Positions 9,833 through 19,883 of a stretch of DNA of 64,000 bases are shown here, one piece after another (the first letter of the stretch is position 1; each line of letters starts with the position of its first letter). Under the pieces are notes generated by a model. It searched no databases. It was not told the DNA's origin and worked only from the letters and a program-made list of their open reading frames with translations. Origin of the DNA: an uncultured delta proteobacterium (GTDB lineage Bacteria > Desulfobacterota > Binatia > UBA9968); NCBI GenBank assembly GCA_963745835.1, contig CAVUZH010000003.1:384001-448000 (forward strand), written 5' to 3'. A program made the translations under genes and the position numbers.

Positions 9833-10813
9833 ATGCCATCGGTAAGACGGAGCATAGTGCTTGCCCTTATGATCCTTGGATTGTTCACTCTGCGCGCGGC
9901 AATCCCCGCGGTCGCGGCAGACAAGCTGGACAAGCTCAGGATCGCTTATGTTTCTCCCATCGGTGCTATGGCACCAATTTGGATGGCCACAGCCTCTTCT
10001 GCCTTCCACAACGAAGCGCTCGATGTCGAACTGGTATTGATTCAAGCGAGCGCTGCGATAGCGGCTATCGTGGCCGGCGAGGTCGATGCGGTGCAGATTT
10101 CCGCCCCAGGTATTGTTCCGGTGGTGCTCGCGGGCGGGAATATCACTATGATAGCCGGACTGCTCAATAAGATGATTTTTTCCTTTCACGCACAGAAGGA
10201 GTTCAAGTTGGCTGAGCAACTGCGAGGCAAGCTCGTGGGCGCAGACCGCCTGGGCACTCCGAACGATTACGGAGTACGGACGGCTTTAACCAAGCTCGGT
10301 CTGAAACCGGAAAGCGATGTTCAATTGTTGCGTCTCGGCGGATCGGCAATCCAGTGGTCCGCGCTGCAATCCAAACAGATTGCGGCGTCGGCGCTAACGC
10401 CGCCTGTGAGCTTCAAAGCGGACGCGCAAGGATACACAAGGCTAACCGACACGTACGACTTGCCCTACCAGAATATCGGCCTAATTGTTAGAAAAAATGA
10501 AGTTGAAAGAAGGGCGGACATCTGGCTACGGTTGTTGCGCGCGGTTCGTCGCGGCATCAACGCGTGGTATGAGAATCCGCAGTTAGCCAAGAGTGTTGTT
10601 GCCAAATACACGAGAGACAACGATCCCGTGACCTTAGAAAAGACTTACGAGTTTTTTACCAAGCAAGCCGGCTTCAATAGGGATCTGACGTTTAGTGACC
10701 GCGGTTTCGAGCAGATTCTCAAATTCTTAGGCGGTACGGTGCTGCCGGCTGCAAAGGATGCGCCCGCAAATCAGTTTTACGATACAAGAATTATCGACAA
10801 GCTGAAAAAATAA
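9833..10813 (+). CDS. ABC substrate-binding protein, SsuA/THI5-like
   Basis: Signal peptide, LRIAYVS, APIWMA, LRGKLVG; starts 3 bp after the oxidoreductase stop. Confidence 0.85.
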   Translation: MPSVRRSIVLALMILGLFTLRAAIPAVAADKLDKLRIAYVSPIGAMAPIWMATASSAFHNEALDVELVLIQASAAIAAIVAGEVDAVQISAPGIVPVVLAGGNITMIAGLLNKMIFSFHAQKEFKLAEQLRGKLVGADRLGTPNDYGVRTALTKLGLKPESDVQLLRLGGSAIQWSALQSKQIAASALTPPVSFKADAQGYTRLTDTYDLPYQNIGLIVRKNEVERRADIWLRLLRAVRRGINAWYENPQLAKSVVAKYTRDNDPVTLEKTYEFFTKQAGFNRDLTFSDRGFEQILKFLGGTVLPAAKDAPANQFYDTRIIDKLKK

Positions 10814-10842
10814 TTTCGGCAAAGTCAGCGGTATAAAGCGTT

Positions 10843-12126
10843 CTACGTCCGCTCCCGGCTGCAGATGTCCAGTGCCATCAGCGCGTAGATTTGCGCTGCC
10901 TTCACCATTACATCGATTTCGATTTCTTCATTTCTTGGGCCGATGCGGCGGCCGCGCGGGCCGATCTTGATGGCCGGAATGCCGAGCTCGTTATAGATAT
11001 TGGTATCGGTCCAGATGCTGGCTCGATCAGGCACCTCGGGTTTGAGCTTTTCTTTAAACAAATACTGATAGACGTCCTCGGCGGACTTAACCAGCGGCTC
11101 GATCCCTTTCCCCTCGTGACCGAGCAGCGATTTGTAAATCTCCATATCGTATTCGAGGCCCGTGCCGTTTAACGCGTTTTCCAGTTCGTACTTGATGGTC
11201 ACCGGCCTGACCTGTGGCGGCATGCGCACGTCGACATAAATCGCGCAGACGCCGGGAAAGTAGTTCGGTCGGTAGGGCGCGCCGCCTTCGATGCCGCCAA
11301 TATTGACCTTGGGATAGAGCGGGCCGGTAGGGGAGTTATAAATGTATTTTTTTTCGAACTCGGCGCCCCAGTGTTCAACGGCTTCGATGATCTTAGTCAT
11401 CTTGACGATCGCGTTGAATTTTTCCATCGGATGGGTCGCGCGATTCGAGCCCCAGGCGGCTTCGGCCTTACCGAAGGTCTGAATCTTGGCTTGGACCACC
11501 CCGGTTTGTGTCCAAACGACGTTCAAATCCGAGCCATCGGCGACCACGGCATAATCCGAGTGCATGCCGTGGGTCAGCAGATGCCGGGTGCCGGCGCCTT
11601 CGCCGCGGTACTCCTTGGTTTGCCAAGGCCCGATCGGAGTTCGCGAGATTTCGCCGACCACCGCCGCAAGAATAACGTCGCCTTTGAGCTTGACCTGACT
11701 TTTCTTGAGGGCTTTGCCGGCCATCATGAAGGCTGCGACGCCGCCTTTCATGTTGGAGATGCCCAAACCCTGGACTTTGTTGCCGACCACTTTGCCCTTT
11801 AGCTCCGACTCGGGCTCCATGTTGGCGACCATGCGCGCGTCTTCCGCCGTACCGGTAAAGCTGGTATCGGTGTGGCCGTTAAAACCCAGGCTCAATCCGG
11901 TGCCATCGCCTTTGACGATGCCTACGGCATTTGGCCGGTCGAACTCGACATCTTGTCGCACGGCTTTGAGGCCGTTGGCCTTAAACCAATCCAAAATGAA
12001 TTCGCCGATGGCTTTTTCCTGGCCGGTAGGGCTGGGAATGCTAGTGAGATCGCAGCCGAGCTGTGCCAGCTCATCGCGATCAATTTGCGCTAACACTTTG
12101 TTTGCCGCTTCTAGATTAATCGTCAC
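10843..12126 (-). CDS. M20/M25/M40 family metallo-hydrolase (ArgE/DapE-like)
   Basis: PSPTGQE, FNGHTDT, GLGISNMKGG, VVGE; GGAGG RBS. Confidence 0.85.
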   Translation of the reverse strand: MTINLEAANKVLAQIDRDELAQLGCDLTSIPSPTGQEKAIGEFILDWFKANGLKAVRQDVEFDRPNAVGIVKGDGTGLSLGFNGHTDTSFTGTAEDARMVANMEPESELKGKVVGNKVQGLGISNMKGGVAAFMMAGKALKKSQVKLKGDVILAAVVGEISRTPIGPWQTKEYRGEGAGTRHLLTHGMHSDYAVVADGSDLNVVWTQTGVVQAKIQTFGKAEAAWGSNRATHPMEKFNAIVKMTKIIEAVEHWGAEFEKKYIYNSPTGPLYPKVNIGGIEGGAPYRPNYFPGVCAIYVDVRMPPQVRPVTIKYELENALNGTGLEYDMEIYKSLLGHEGKGIEPLVKSAEDVYQYLFKEKLKPEVPDRASIWTDTNIYNELGIPAIKIGPRGRRIGPRNEEIEIDVMVKAAQIYALMALDICSRERT

Positions 12127-12597
12127 TTCCTCTTCCTCCTGGTCTGCAACGTCTCATAAGTCGTTAAACTTCATTGGCTTTCGCGGATCCGTTCGCGCGA
12201 TCCACAGTTCGGATATTCCGGCAATTCTCACTTATGGAGTCCATCGTCGAACTCTGATAACTGCCAAAAATCATAAAAACTATAGTGAGAGCAGCAAGTC
12301 AAATGCTCGAGGTGATTCATTTAAGAAAAGATTTCTTAATTCCTCCGGGATGAGAGCTCCGTATTTGGATGCGATTACGAGTCCTTCGGTAAGACTGAGA
12401 ATAGCTCCTACCGGAAATCGTCCCCCAGGCTACGTTTCAAAAAACCTCGGATTGAATCACTACCAAATGCCCGGTCGGAAACCATCTGCTTGAAAAATCG
12501 CCGCTTGCTGTTTACAGTTGCAGGCTACGCTTTACGTCCGGTCGAAACTTCATCAATGCCGATCCCAGAGAAATTCCGCCTGAGTTTAAGGAGATCT

Positions 12598-13104
12598 ATG
12601 GACACGTCCACCATTGTCATGCTGGCGGTTGCGATCGTGGCACTGATCGTTATCTACTGGAAGTCGCCGCAAGCGGCAGGCGATGGCTTGAGCGCGACCG
12701 GGGCATTGATCATCGAGATAACCCCACGCATGATCGCTGCGTTCACACTGGCCGGCTTGATTCAGGCGGTGGTTCCGCAGGAAGTCATCGTTCGCTGGAT
12801 GGGCCATGGATCGGGCGCCAAAGGAATTCTGATCGGCATGACTCTGGGAAGCATTACGCCGGGCGGGCCGATGACGCACTTTCCGGTGGTTGCGTCGCTC
12901 TACAAGGTGGGCATCGGTGTCGGACCTTTGGTGGCTTATCTGACCGCCTGGTCTCTCTTCGGACTGCAGCGAGTCATTATGTGGGAGATTCCTTTTCTCG
13001 GACCTAAAATCGTCGCGGTGCGCGTCGCCGTCAGCTTCTTCTTTCCGCTACTCGCCGGTTGGCTCTGCGAGTTGATCTGGAACAAAATCCATCTTCAGAT
13101 TTAA
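12598..13104 (+). CDS. Predicted permease (DUF318/ArsP-like, half-size)
   Basis: Hydrophobic helices, TPGGP motif, YLTAWSL; AAGGAG RBS before ATG 12598. Confidence 0.75.
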   Translation: MDTSTIVMLAVAIVALIVIYWKSPQAAGDGLSATGALIIEITPRMIAAFTLAGLIQAVVPQEVIVRWMGHGSGAKGILIGMTLGSITPGGPMTHFPVVASLYKVGIGVGPLVAYLTAWSLFGLQRVIMWEIPFLGPKIVAVRVAVSFFFPLLAGWLCELIWNKIHLQI

Positions 13105-13110
13105 TTCAAC

Positions 13111-14391
13111 GTGAAGCGCAGAGAATTTCTCCGAATGTTGACCGGCGCAGGTTTCGCCATGCCGGCGCTTTTGAATCAGGCGTCCTGCGCGCCCACTCTG
13201 ATTGGCAGCGATCGCGATACCGGTTTGTCACTCTGCTATGTGGCGGGCGACGTGACATCCGATGGCGCGATTATCTGGCTGCGCGCCGAACCGGGCAGCG
13301 AGGTGGTGCTGCACTACAGCAACGATCGTACTTTTAGTCGCTTCTCGTCTGCCGGTCCATTCCGAGTGGATAAAGAGGCCGACCATACTGTGAAAATCGA
13401 GTTGCAGGAGCTCAATCCTGGCACAACCTATTTTTACTATGCTGCAGTAGCCGGGAAAAAACCTGGTTATCTGGCCAGCTTCCTGACCGCGCCAGCTCCG
13501 TCGGATGCCGCCAGAGTTTCATTTTGTTTCAGCGGCGATACTCGGGAAAGCTATCAGCCGTTTACCATCATGAACGCGGTGCGCGCGCAGCGCCCTGATT
13601 TCTTTCTTCATCTAGGCGATACCATCTATGCCGATTTCGGCGGTCAGGCGCGCCGGTTGAGTGACTTCTGGGCGAAGTACCGCGCCAACCGCAACGATCC
13701 CGCTACGCAGTTCTGTTTCTTCGAAACCAGCACGTACGTCGTCTGGGACGATCACGAAGTGGTGGATAATTTTTTTGCCGGCAATCCGCTGGCGCCGATC
13801 GGTAGGAAGGCGTTTCTCGATTACTGGCCGATCCGGCGCCACCCGTATGACGCGGATCGAATCTACCGCTCGTTTCGCTGGGGCCGGGCCATGGAACTCT
13901 TTCTGCTAGACACGCGCCAGTACCGCGATCCGAGAACGGGGACCATGCTAGGCAAAGCGCAGAAGGATTGGTTGTTTGAGAGGCTAGCGGCCTCTTCCGC
14001 GATCTTTAAATTCGTGGCGACTTCCGTGCCGATGGCCGGCGGCGGCATTGACCGCTGGGACGGCTACCCGGCGGAAAGGGCGGAGCTGCTACGCTTTATA
14101 AGAGAGAAGCGCGTAACCGGTGTGATTTTCCTTAGTGCTGATCTCCATTATGCGGCGGTGACGAGCGTGCCCAAAAGCCACGGCCTGAAGGATATTACCG
14201 CCGGTCCGTTGGCTGCGCCTTTGAATCGGGTGACCAACGGGTATGCGCCCCATTTCGATTTTTTTCTCGCCGAGAATTTTAACTTCGCCAAAATAACCGT
14301 GGATCCGGCGCTTAAGCCGGCCCAGGCGTTAGTTGAATTTATCGATCAAGATAATTTAGTCTTTCATACCACCAGGATCAAAGCGGTATGA
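13111..14391 (+). CDS. phoD: Alkaline phosphatase D family protein with Tat signal
   Basis: MKRREFL twin-arginine, GDVT...IWLR, LHLGDTIYAD, WDDHE, LDTRQYR, DRWDGY, SADLH. Confidence 0.9.
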   Translation: MKRREFLRMLTGAGFAMPALLNQASCAPTLIGSDRDTGLSLCYVAGDVTSDGAIIWLRAEPGSEVVLHYSNDRTFSRFSSAGPFRVDKEADHTVKIELQELNPGTTYFYYAAVAGKKPGYLASFLTAPAPSDAARVSFCFSGDTRESYQPFTIMNAVRAQRPDFFLHLGDTIYADFGGQARRLSDFWAKYRANRNDPATQFCFFETSTYVVWDDHEVVDNFFAGNPLAPIGRKAFLDYWPIRRHPYDADRIYRSFRWGRAMELFLLDTRQYRDPRTGTMLGKAQKDWLFERLAASSAIFKFVATSVPMAGGGIDRWDGYPAERAELLRFIREKRVTGVIFLSADLHYAAVTSVPKSHGLKDITAGPLAAPLNRVTNGYAPHFDFFLAENFNFAKITVDPALKPAQALVEFIDQDNLVFHTTRIKAV

Positions 14392-14399
14392 TGGCGGCG

Positions 14400-15377
14400 C
14401 TACTTGCGCGATGCGCGATGCTCGAGCGCTTCAGGGTTTATGACCCGGGTCAGTTTCCCGTCCATGTAATCGAGGATGTTGGTGACGGCGTTCTCAGCGA
14501 AGCCTTCAAAACCGGAATCGGTTGGCCAGCCAAGATGCGGAGTGAGCACGACGTTACTCAGCTGGAGCAGCGGGTGATTCGGCGGAAGCGGTTCTTCGAC
14601 GAAGACGTCGAGAGCGGCGCCGGCAATGACGCGTTCACTTAATACTTTTACCAGCGCTACCTCATCAACGATGGCGCCACGCGCGGTGTTGACCAGATAG
14701 GCGGATTTTTTCATTAACCGCAGGCGCTCTTCGTTCAGAAGATTCTTGCTTTCCTCGGAAAGTTTCAGGTGGATCGAGATGACGTCGGCGGTTTTCAGGA
14801 CCTCCTCCAGTCCCATGTAGGTCGCCTGTGATTTGCCGGCGCGTTCGGCGGTCAAGGTTGGTCCCCAGGCGATCACGTTCATGCCGAACGCGCGCGCGAT
14901 CGCGGCAACCTCGGTGCCGATTTTTCCCAACCCCAATATTCCCAGGGTCTTGCCCTTGAGAACATAGCCCAGCACCAGCGGCCACTCGCCGCGTCGCATC
15001 GCCTGATCGCTCTGCGGAATCCGGCGCATCACCGCCAGCATCAAAGCGAAAGCCATCTCGGTAGTGCTATTACCCCCGGGCGCCATGGCGACGATGATGC
15101 CCGCTTCGGTCGCCGCTTTCATGTCGACATGATAAACGTGATTGCCGGTTTGCGAGATCAATTCGAGATCCGGCAATTGTTTTAGCAGAGGCGCGTTGAA
15201 TCGAGTGCGCTCGCGAATCGGAATCACCGCGCGAGAGCCGGCCAGGACGCGAACAAGGGCGTCCTGGCTCGGTAATTTCTCGGTCAAGATTTGCACTTCC
15301 GCGTGCTGCTGCAGGCGTTTGATCGCCGGCGCGCTTGCAAGCGCCTGCTGGTAGTCGTCGAGAACTGTAACTCTCAT
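14400..15377 (-). CDS. D-2-hydroxyacid dehydrogenase family protein
   Basis: LDDYQ, RERT, GLGKIG, NTARG, LDVF, TPHLG. Confidence 0.9.
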   Translation of the reverse strand: MRVTVLDDYQQALASAPAIKRLQQHAEVQILTEKLPSQDALVRVLAGSRAVIPIRERTRFNAPLLKQLPDLELISQTGNHVYHVDMKAATEAGIIVAMAPGGNSTTEMAFALMLAVMRRIPQSDQAMRRGEWPLVLGYVLKGKTLGILGLGKIGTEVAAIARAFGMNVIAWGPTLTAERAGKSQATYMGLEEVLKTADVISIHLKLSEESKNLLNEERLRLMKKSAYLVNTARGAIVDEVALVKVLSERVIAGAALDVFVEEPLPPNHPLLQLSNVVLTPHLGWPTDSGFEGFAENAVTNILDYMDGKLTRVINPEALEHRASRK

Positions 15378-15386
15378 AAACTTAAA

Positions 15387-15544
15387 CTAGCAGACTGCTG
15401 AAAAAGACCCATATGCTTCGTTGCCGCTCAATCGCCTCGCTGCAACGTACTGTAAGTACGCCTCCGCTCGTTGATTTTTTCGGGCGCCTCGCCTCTGGAT
15501 CTTTTTGAGCAGCCTGCAAGAGGCATTATTCAGCACGCTGCTAG
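15387..15544. mobile_element. MITE-like element, copy 1 (CTAG-flanked)
   Basis: CTAGCAGACTGCTGAAAAA...TTCAGCACGCTGCTAG terminal inverted repeat; near-identical to 63502-63657. Confidence 0.8.
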
Positions 15545-15755
15545 TGCAGTGGCTCACGCGGTTGTCTCCTACCCGGAGCATGCCCTGATAAAGGACCCAG
15601 CGCGGCTCCGCCGCACCAAAGCTCGGAGTATCTGCCGCAGCACGTAAAGCCCCCAAAGGAAAATGATTCCGAACTTTGCGTGCTTGGCGCCTTGGCGCCG
15701 AGAAAATCCGCCCGAAGCCGCGAAAAAATAATTGCGCTCGTCAAGAGGCGCTAAA

Positions 15756-16145
15756 CTAGAGTACGGCGATTCCGGCGATTTCGATCATGTAATCTTCGTT
15801 GGCTAGGCCGCTTACGATCAGAAGAGTGCTGGTCGGCGGATCTTTCTTGTAGAGCCCACGGCGCACTTCGTTATATCCCTCGCGGTATTTCCGATCCGTA
15901 ATATAGGTGGTGGTCATCACCAGATTGTCGAACGAGCCTCCAGCGGCTTCTAAAACTGCTTTGATGTTATCGAATACCTGGCGGGTTTGAGCTTTGATGT
16001 CACCCTTGCCGACGACATTGCCATTTTTATCCGAAGCGGTTTGGCCGGCGATAAAAAGCAGCCTTCCGCCTTCTGCTTGTATTCCTTGGCTGTAGCGCGG
16101 CCGCGGATCATTCAAAGACGCCGGTTGGATGGTTTTAGTTGCCAT
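15756..16145 (-). CDS. RidA/YjgF family protein
   Basis: YSQG, LFIAGQT, PTSTLLIVSGLA, IEIAGIAVL; AGGAGG RBS. Confidence 0.88.
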   Translation of the reverse strand: MATKTIQPASLNDPRPRYSQGIQAEGGRLLFIAGQTASDKNGNVVGKGDIKAQTRQVFDNIKAVLEAAGGSFDNLVMTTTYITDRKYREGYNEVRRGLYKKDPPTSTLLIVSGLANEDYMIEIAGIAVL

Positions 16146-16191
16146 AAATCTCTCCTCCTTGTGCGCGACTTGTTTAGACGATTTGACTTTG

Positions 16192-17196
16192 CTATTTGCT
16201 CGGATAGCGCTTCGCCATCTCGTTGAAGAAACCTTCTTTTTCCAGTTCCTGTAAAAAACTTAGATCGACGAACTGTTCGGGCTTGGCATTTTTCGCCTGC
16301 GGCAGCTGGGGCGCGACGATGTCGAGCATGTACTGAATTCCTTTGAGCGTGGGGTAGGGCTTTTTTGGAATCCATTTGATGTAGCCATTGTAAGAATCTT
16401 CGAGAATCTCAGGATCGTTGGTGCGCATGTATTTGGCGAACACCTGCTGCGCTTCTTTTTTGTTGGCATAAACAAAATAGATCGCTTCGACGAACCCTTT
16501 CAGAGCGTTTTTTACCGTGTCACGATTGCTGGCGATGTAGGAGCGTGATGTAGCAAAGCCGTTTCCCTGAACCTCGACCCCCAAATCCGCGACGTGGAAG
16601 AGTTCGTTGAAACCGGCTTTTCGTGCCGGCGCGGCGGCTGAGGAGGTGAAAAATGTCGCATCAATTCGATTGGCCGTCATAGCTCCGAACCGTTCGGCGT
16701 CCGGCCCGGTGGGCACCAGCGCCACATCTTTGTTGACGTCCAGGTTCAAGATGCTTGAACAATATATTGGCGGCGTTATGAGTCGCCGAGCCGAAACCGC
16801 TGATACCGAATCGCTTGCCCTTTCAGTTCTTCGAGCTTATTGATTCCCTTTGCGAGCGAAAACAATCTGGTCGTACATGGTTTCGACGGCGGCCACCAGG
16901 ACGAGGTTGTAGCCTTGCAGGCTGGCCTGCACCACCGTGCCGATATTGACGATGGGCGGATCACCGGCAACCAGAGCTTGGGTTGCCATCTGGCCGCCGC
17001 GCAGGAAAATCGGCTCGACTTCGAGGCCGTACTTGTTGAACAAGCCCATCTCCTTGGCCACCCAGACGTTGCTTTGCCTGAAGCTCAATGAAGGATAGCC
17101 GATGCGGATTTTCTTCAAAGCCTGAGCGCTGGCGCTGCTATGGCTGACGAGAACGGTCAACGCAACGAGTATCAAAAATCGGCAGATTTTTTTCAT
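16192..17196 (-). pseudogene. SsuA/THI5-like ABC substrate-binding protein interrupted by three +1 insertions (pseudogene or sequencing error)
   Basis: Removing one base each near 16848, 16820 and 16749 restores FARKGINKLEELKGKRFGISGFGSATHNAANILFKHLNLDVNKDVAL and joins ORFs 16837-17196 and 16192-16749. Confidence 0.85.
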
Positions 17197-17244
17197 ATCC
17201 TAGCTTCCTTCCGAGATGCGCCAGTGTTCAAACTGCGCCGACTG

Positions 17245-18249
17245 CTACTTAACACCGGCCAGCTTCTGTGCTTCTTCCACGAAAGAATTATCGATATATT
17301 CGGTGTAAGCCGGCACCTTCTTGCCTTTGTAGGTTCCTTCCTTGGCGCGCAGATCGAGGGTTTTCTCCATTGCTGCTTTGTTGACCGTGCCATTGCGCGG
17401 AAAGGGCTGAAATTCCTCGACCAAATACTTGTAATCTTGCTCGGCAATATCTCTCTTGCTCTTGAGAATTTTCATGTGAATGGCCAGCGCTTCTTCCTTA
17501 TTTTTCGTATCGTAGAGCCAGTTGGTCGCCTCAATCATGGATTTCAGATAGCGCACGATCTCGTTTCTGTTGGATTTCAAATAATTCATGTGGGCGAAAT
17601 CGGCGGTAAACTGGATTGGACCGAGGATCTCATGGAAGGTGATAAGTTTGGTGAAGCCGTCTTGCTGCGCTCTGAAATTGAATGGCGGGCCCATGAAGGT
17701 TGCCTGCACCGAACCGGCTTTCAACGCGGCATAGCGTTCCGGCGAGGTGCCGACGACCAGATATCGGTAATCTCCTTCTTTCAACTTGAAACCTTTGAGC
17801 AAGACCTCTTCGATCATGTTGGTGGTGCCGCCGGTCAATGTGCTGACTCCGATGGTTTTGCCCTTGAGATCGGCGCCGCTCTTGATTTCGGCTCGGGCCA
17901 TCAGATCATAGGGAATTTTTTCCATATTGCCGCCAATGATTCTGACTTTGGCGCCCTTCTCGATGGCGCCGATCACGTAGTCCGGATTAATGCGGCCAAG
18001 AGGAATGGTTTCGCTAAGTACGGCGCGGGTAGTATTGGTGGCGCCTTGAATGATGATGTTCTCGAAGTGGATGCCGTTCTTCTCGAAAATCTTCTTTTGC
18101 TCGGCAATGTAAATCGGCCAACTGGCTGCCGTATGACCGCTCTGGGCAAAGCGGAGCTTGCTCAACTCGGCACCCAAGGCGGTTGTGGCTGGCGCTATCC
18201 CGAATAGCAGCGCGGCCGAGAGCGCGTAGATCCTGATGTTATCTTTCAT
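17245..18249 (-). CDS. ABC substrate-binding protein, SsuA/THI5-like
   Basis: AAGGAGG RBS before ATG 18249, signal peptide, WPIYIAEQKKIFEKNG, DLKGKTIGVS. Confidence 0.87.
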   Translation of the reverse strand: MKDNIRIYALSAALLFGIAPATTALGAELSKLRFAQSGHTAASWPIYIAEQKKIFEKNGIHFENIIIQGATNTTRAVLSETIPLGRINPDYVIGAIEKGAKVRIIGGNMEKIPYDLMARAEIKSGADLKGKTIGVSTLTGGTTNMIEEVLLKGFKLKEGDYRYLVVGTSPERYAALKAGSVQATFMGPPFNFRAQQDGFTKLITFHEILGPIQFTADFAHMNYLKSNRNEIVRYLKSMIEATNWLYDTKNKEEALAIHMKILKSKRDIAEQDYKYLVEEFQPFPRNGTVNKAAMEKTLDLRAKEGTYKGKKVPAYTEYIDNSFVEEAQKLAGVK

Positions 18250-18275
18250 GAATTCCCTCCTTGAGTTTGCGGGTG

Positions 18276-19077
18276 TTACATTCGTGAAAAACCGCCGGAA
18301 GCGTTTACCTCTTCCTCGATCTGCTTCCACAGGACCTGTTCCAGTTCGAGAAATCGACGGTCTGATTTCATCTCCATGGTTCTTGGACGAGGCAGCGGTA
18401 CATTTACTTCAGAACGGATGCTGCCAGGACGATGGCTGAAGACAATGACCCTGTCTGAAAGAAGAATTGCTTCCGCAATCATATGCGTTACAAAAATGAC
18501 GGTTTTTTTAGTCTCCCTCCAAATGCGTAGCAGTTCGAGCTGCATGAAATTGCGCGTCTGCGCATCCAATGCAGCGAAAGGCTCATCCATCAGCAAAATT
18601 CTCGGATCCACCGCCAGGGCTCTGGCGAGATTGACCCGCTGCTGCATGCCTCCGGAAAGCTCATGCGGGTAGTGAGTCTCGAATCCCGAAAGGCCCACCA
18701 GATCGAGAAATTTCTGGGCCGTGCGTTCAGCTTCCTTGGCATTGTTATTCCGTCCCTCCAAGCCGAGAACAACATTTTTGAGACTGGTGCGCCACGGCAG
18801 GAGAGATGCGCCTTGAAAGACAAAGCCCATTACGAGTTCGTTATCGAGCTTCATGCGCGGACCTGCCGTCGATGAGAATTTCTCCGCCCGAATGCGGCAT
18901 GAGACCATTGATGACCCGCAGCAGGGTGGTTTTGCCGCAGCCGCTGGGGCCAAGGATGCTGACAAATTCTCCATCGCTAACCGACAGATTGATATCTCTA
19001 AAGATGACAAACGGATCGCGATCCGGTCGAGTGATCGCCTTGTTCAAATTGCGCAAAACAAGTGCTGGTCCGCCCAT
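18276..19077 (-). pseudogene. ABC transporter ATP-binding protein (SsuB/TauB-like) with one +1 frameshift near 18850
   Basis: Walker A GPSGCGKT is in one frame; Q-loop, LSGGMQQR, LLMDEPF and FVTH are in the next frame. Confidence 0.88.
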
Positions 19078-19078
19078 A

Positions 19079-19861
19079 TCAACTTCCTTGGGGTTCCTTT
19101 TTCCAGGGGATCGCATAGATTTCGATAATCCGAATAATTTCGAAGCCGATTATGCCGAGTGCGGCAAATACCGCCACTCCGACGAATAAAATGGGTATGT
19201 TGAGAGTTTGGCCGGCAAAAAAGATCAGATAGCCTAAACCTTCCCTGGCGCCAAACCACTCCGCGATGGCAACTCCAGTGAGACCCCGGCCCACCGACAG
19301 ACGTATGCCAGCCAGTATGAAAGGAACCGACGCCGGCAAGAGGATTTTTAAGAACAATGCTGAGCGGCTCAGACGAAACGAGCGGGCGAGCTCGACATAA
19401 TCGCGATTGACCACGCGCATACCGTAGTAGGAATTGATCAGAATCGGAAAAAAGCAACCAAGAAAGACGATGGCAATTTTGGAGCCGGCACCGATGCCTA
19501 ACCAGAGCAGCAGCACCGGCGCGAAAGCAATCCGCGGTGTCGTATAAAGCGTCGCCATCCACGGATTGACGTAATCGCGCACCGACGTATTGAGCGCCAT
19601 CAGAAAGCCGAACGGCACGCCGGCGAGAATCGCCAGTACGAAGCCATAGAAAAAGATCCATGAGCTGGCGAATACATGAGGGTAGAGATCCTTAGTGACA
19701 AAGAGCATCTGGTAGGCGGTGACGGCTACGACCACCGGTGATACCAGTAGTGTTGGGTCTTTCACGACCACGGTGGCCAGAACATGCCAAAGAACCAGTC
19801 CTCCGATGATGGAGCCGGCCTTTAGAAAAGTGGACGTCAATTTACGTTTGCCTTCGTTCAT
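19079..19861 (-). CDS. ABC transporter permease (SsuC/TauC-like)
   Basis: TM helices, ELARSF..S EAA-loop, [11 protein letters not shown]. Confidence 0.9.
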   Translation of the reverse strand: MNEGKRKLTSTFLKAGSIIGGLVLWHVLATVVVKDPTLLVSPVVVAVTAYQMLFVTKDLYPHVFASSWIFFYGFVLAILAGVPFGFLMALNTSVRDYVNPWMATLYTTPRIAFAPVLLLWLGIGAGSKIAIVFLGCFFPILINSYYGMRVVNRDYVELARSFRLSRSALFLKILLPASVPFILAGIRLSVGRGLTGVAIAEWFGAREGLGYLIFFAGQTLNIPILFVGVAVFAALGIIGFEIIRIIEIYAIPWKKEPQGS

Positions 19862-19883
19862 AATTCTATGCGCCGCCGACTGA

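Noticed and set aside
11705-12493. 262-aa plus-strand ORF
   Set aside because: More than half is antisense to the M20 hydrolase; low-information composition and no RBS.
15387-15656. Similar short ORFs here and at 63435-63632 (RAEAYLQYVAARRLSGNEAY)
   Set aside because: The similarity is only the translation of the MITE repeat, not a protein family.
17140-18207. 355-aa plus-strand ORF
   Set aside because: Antisense shadow of the SBP gene, expected from GC-rich codon bias; no motifs.
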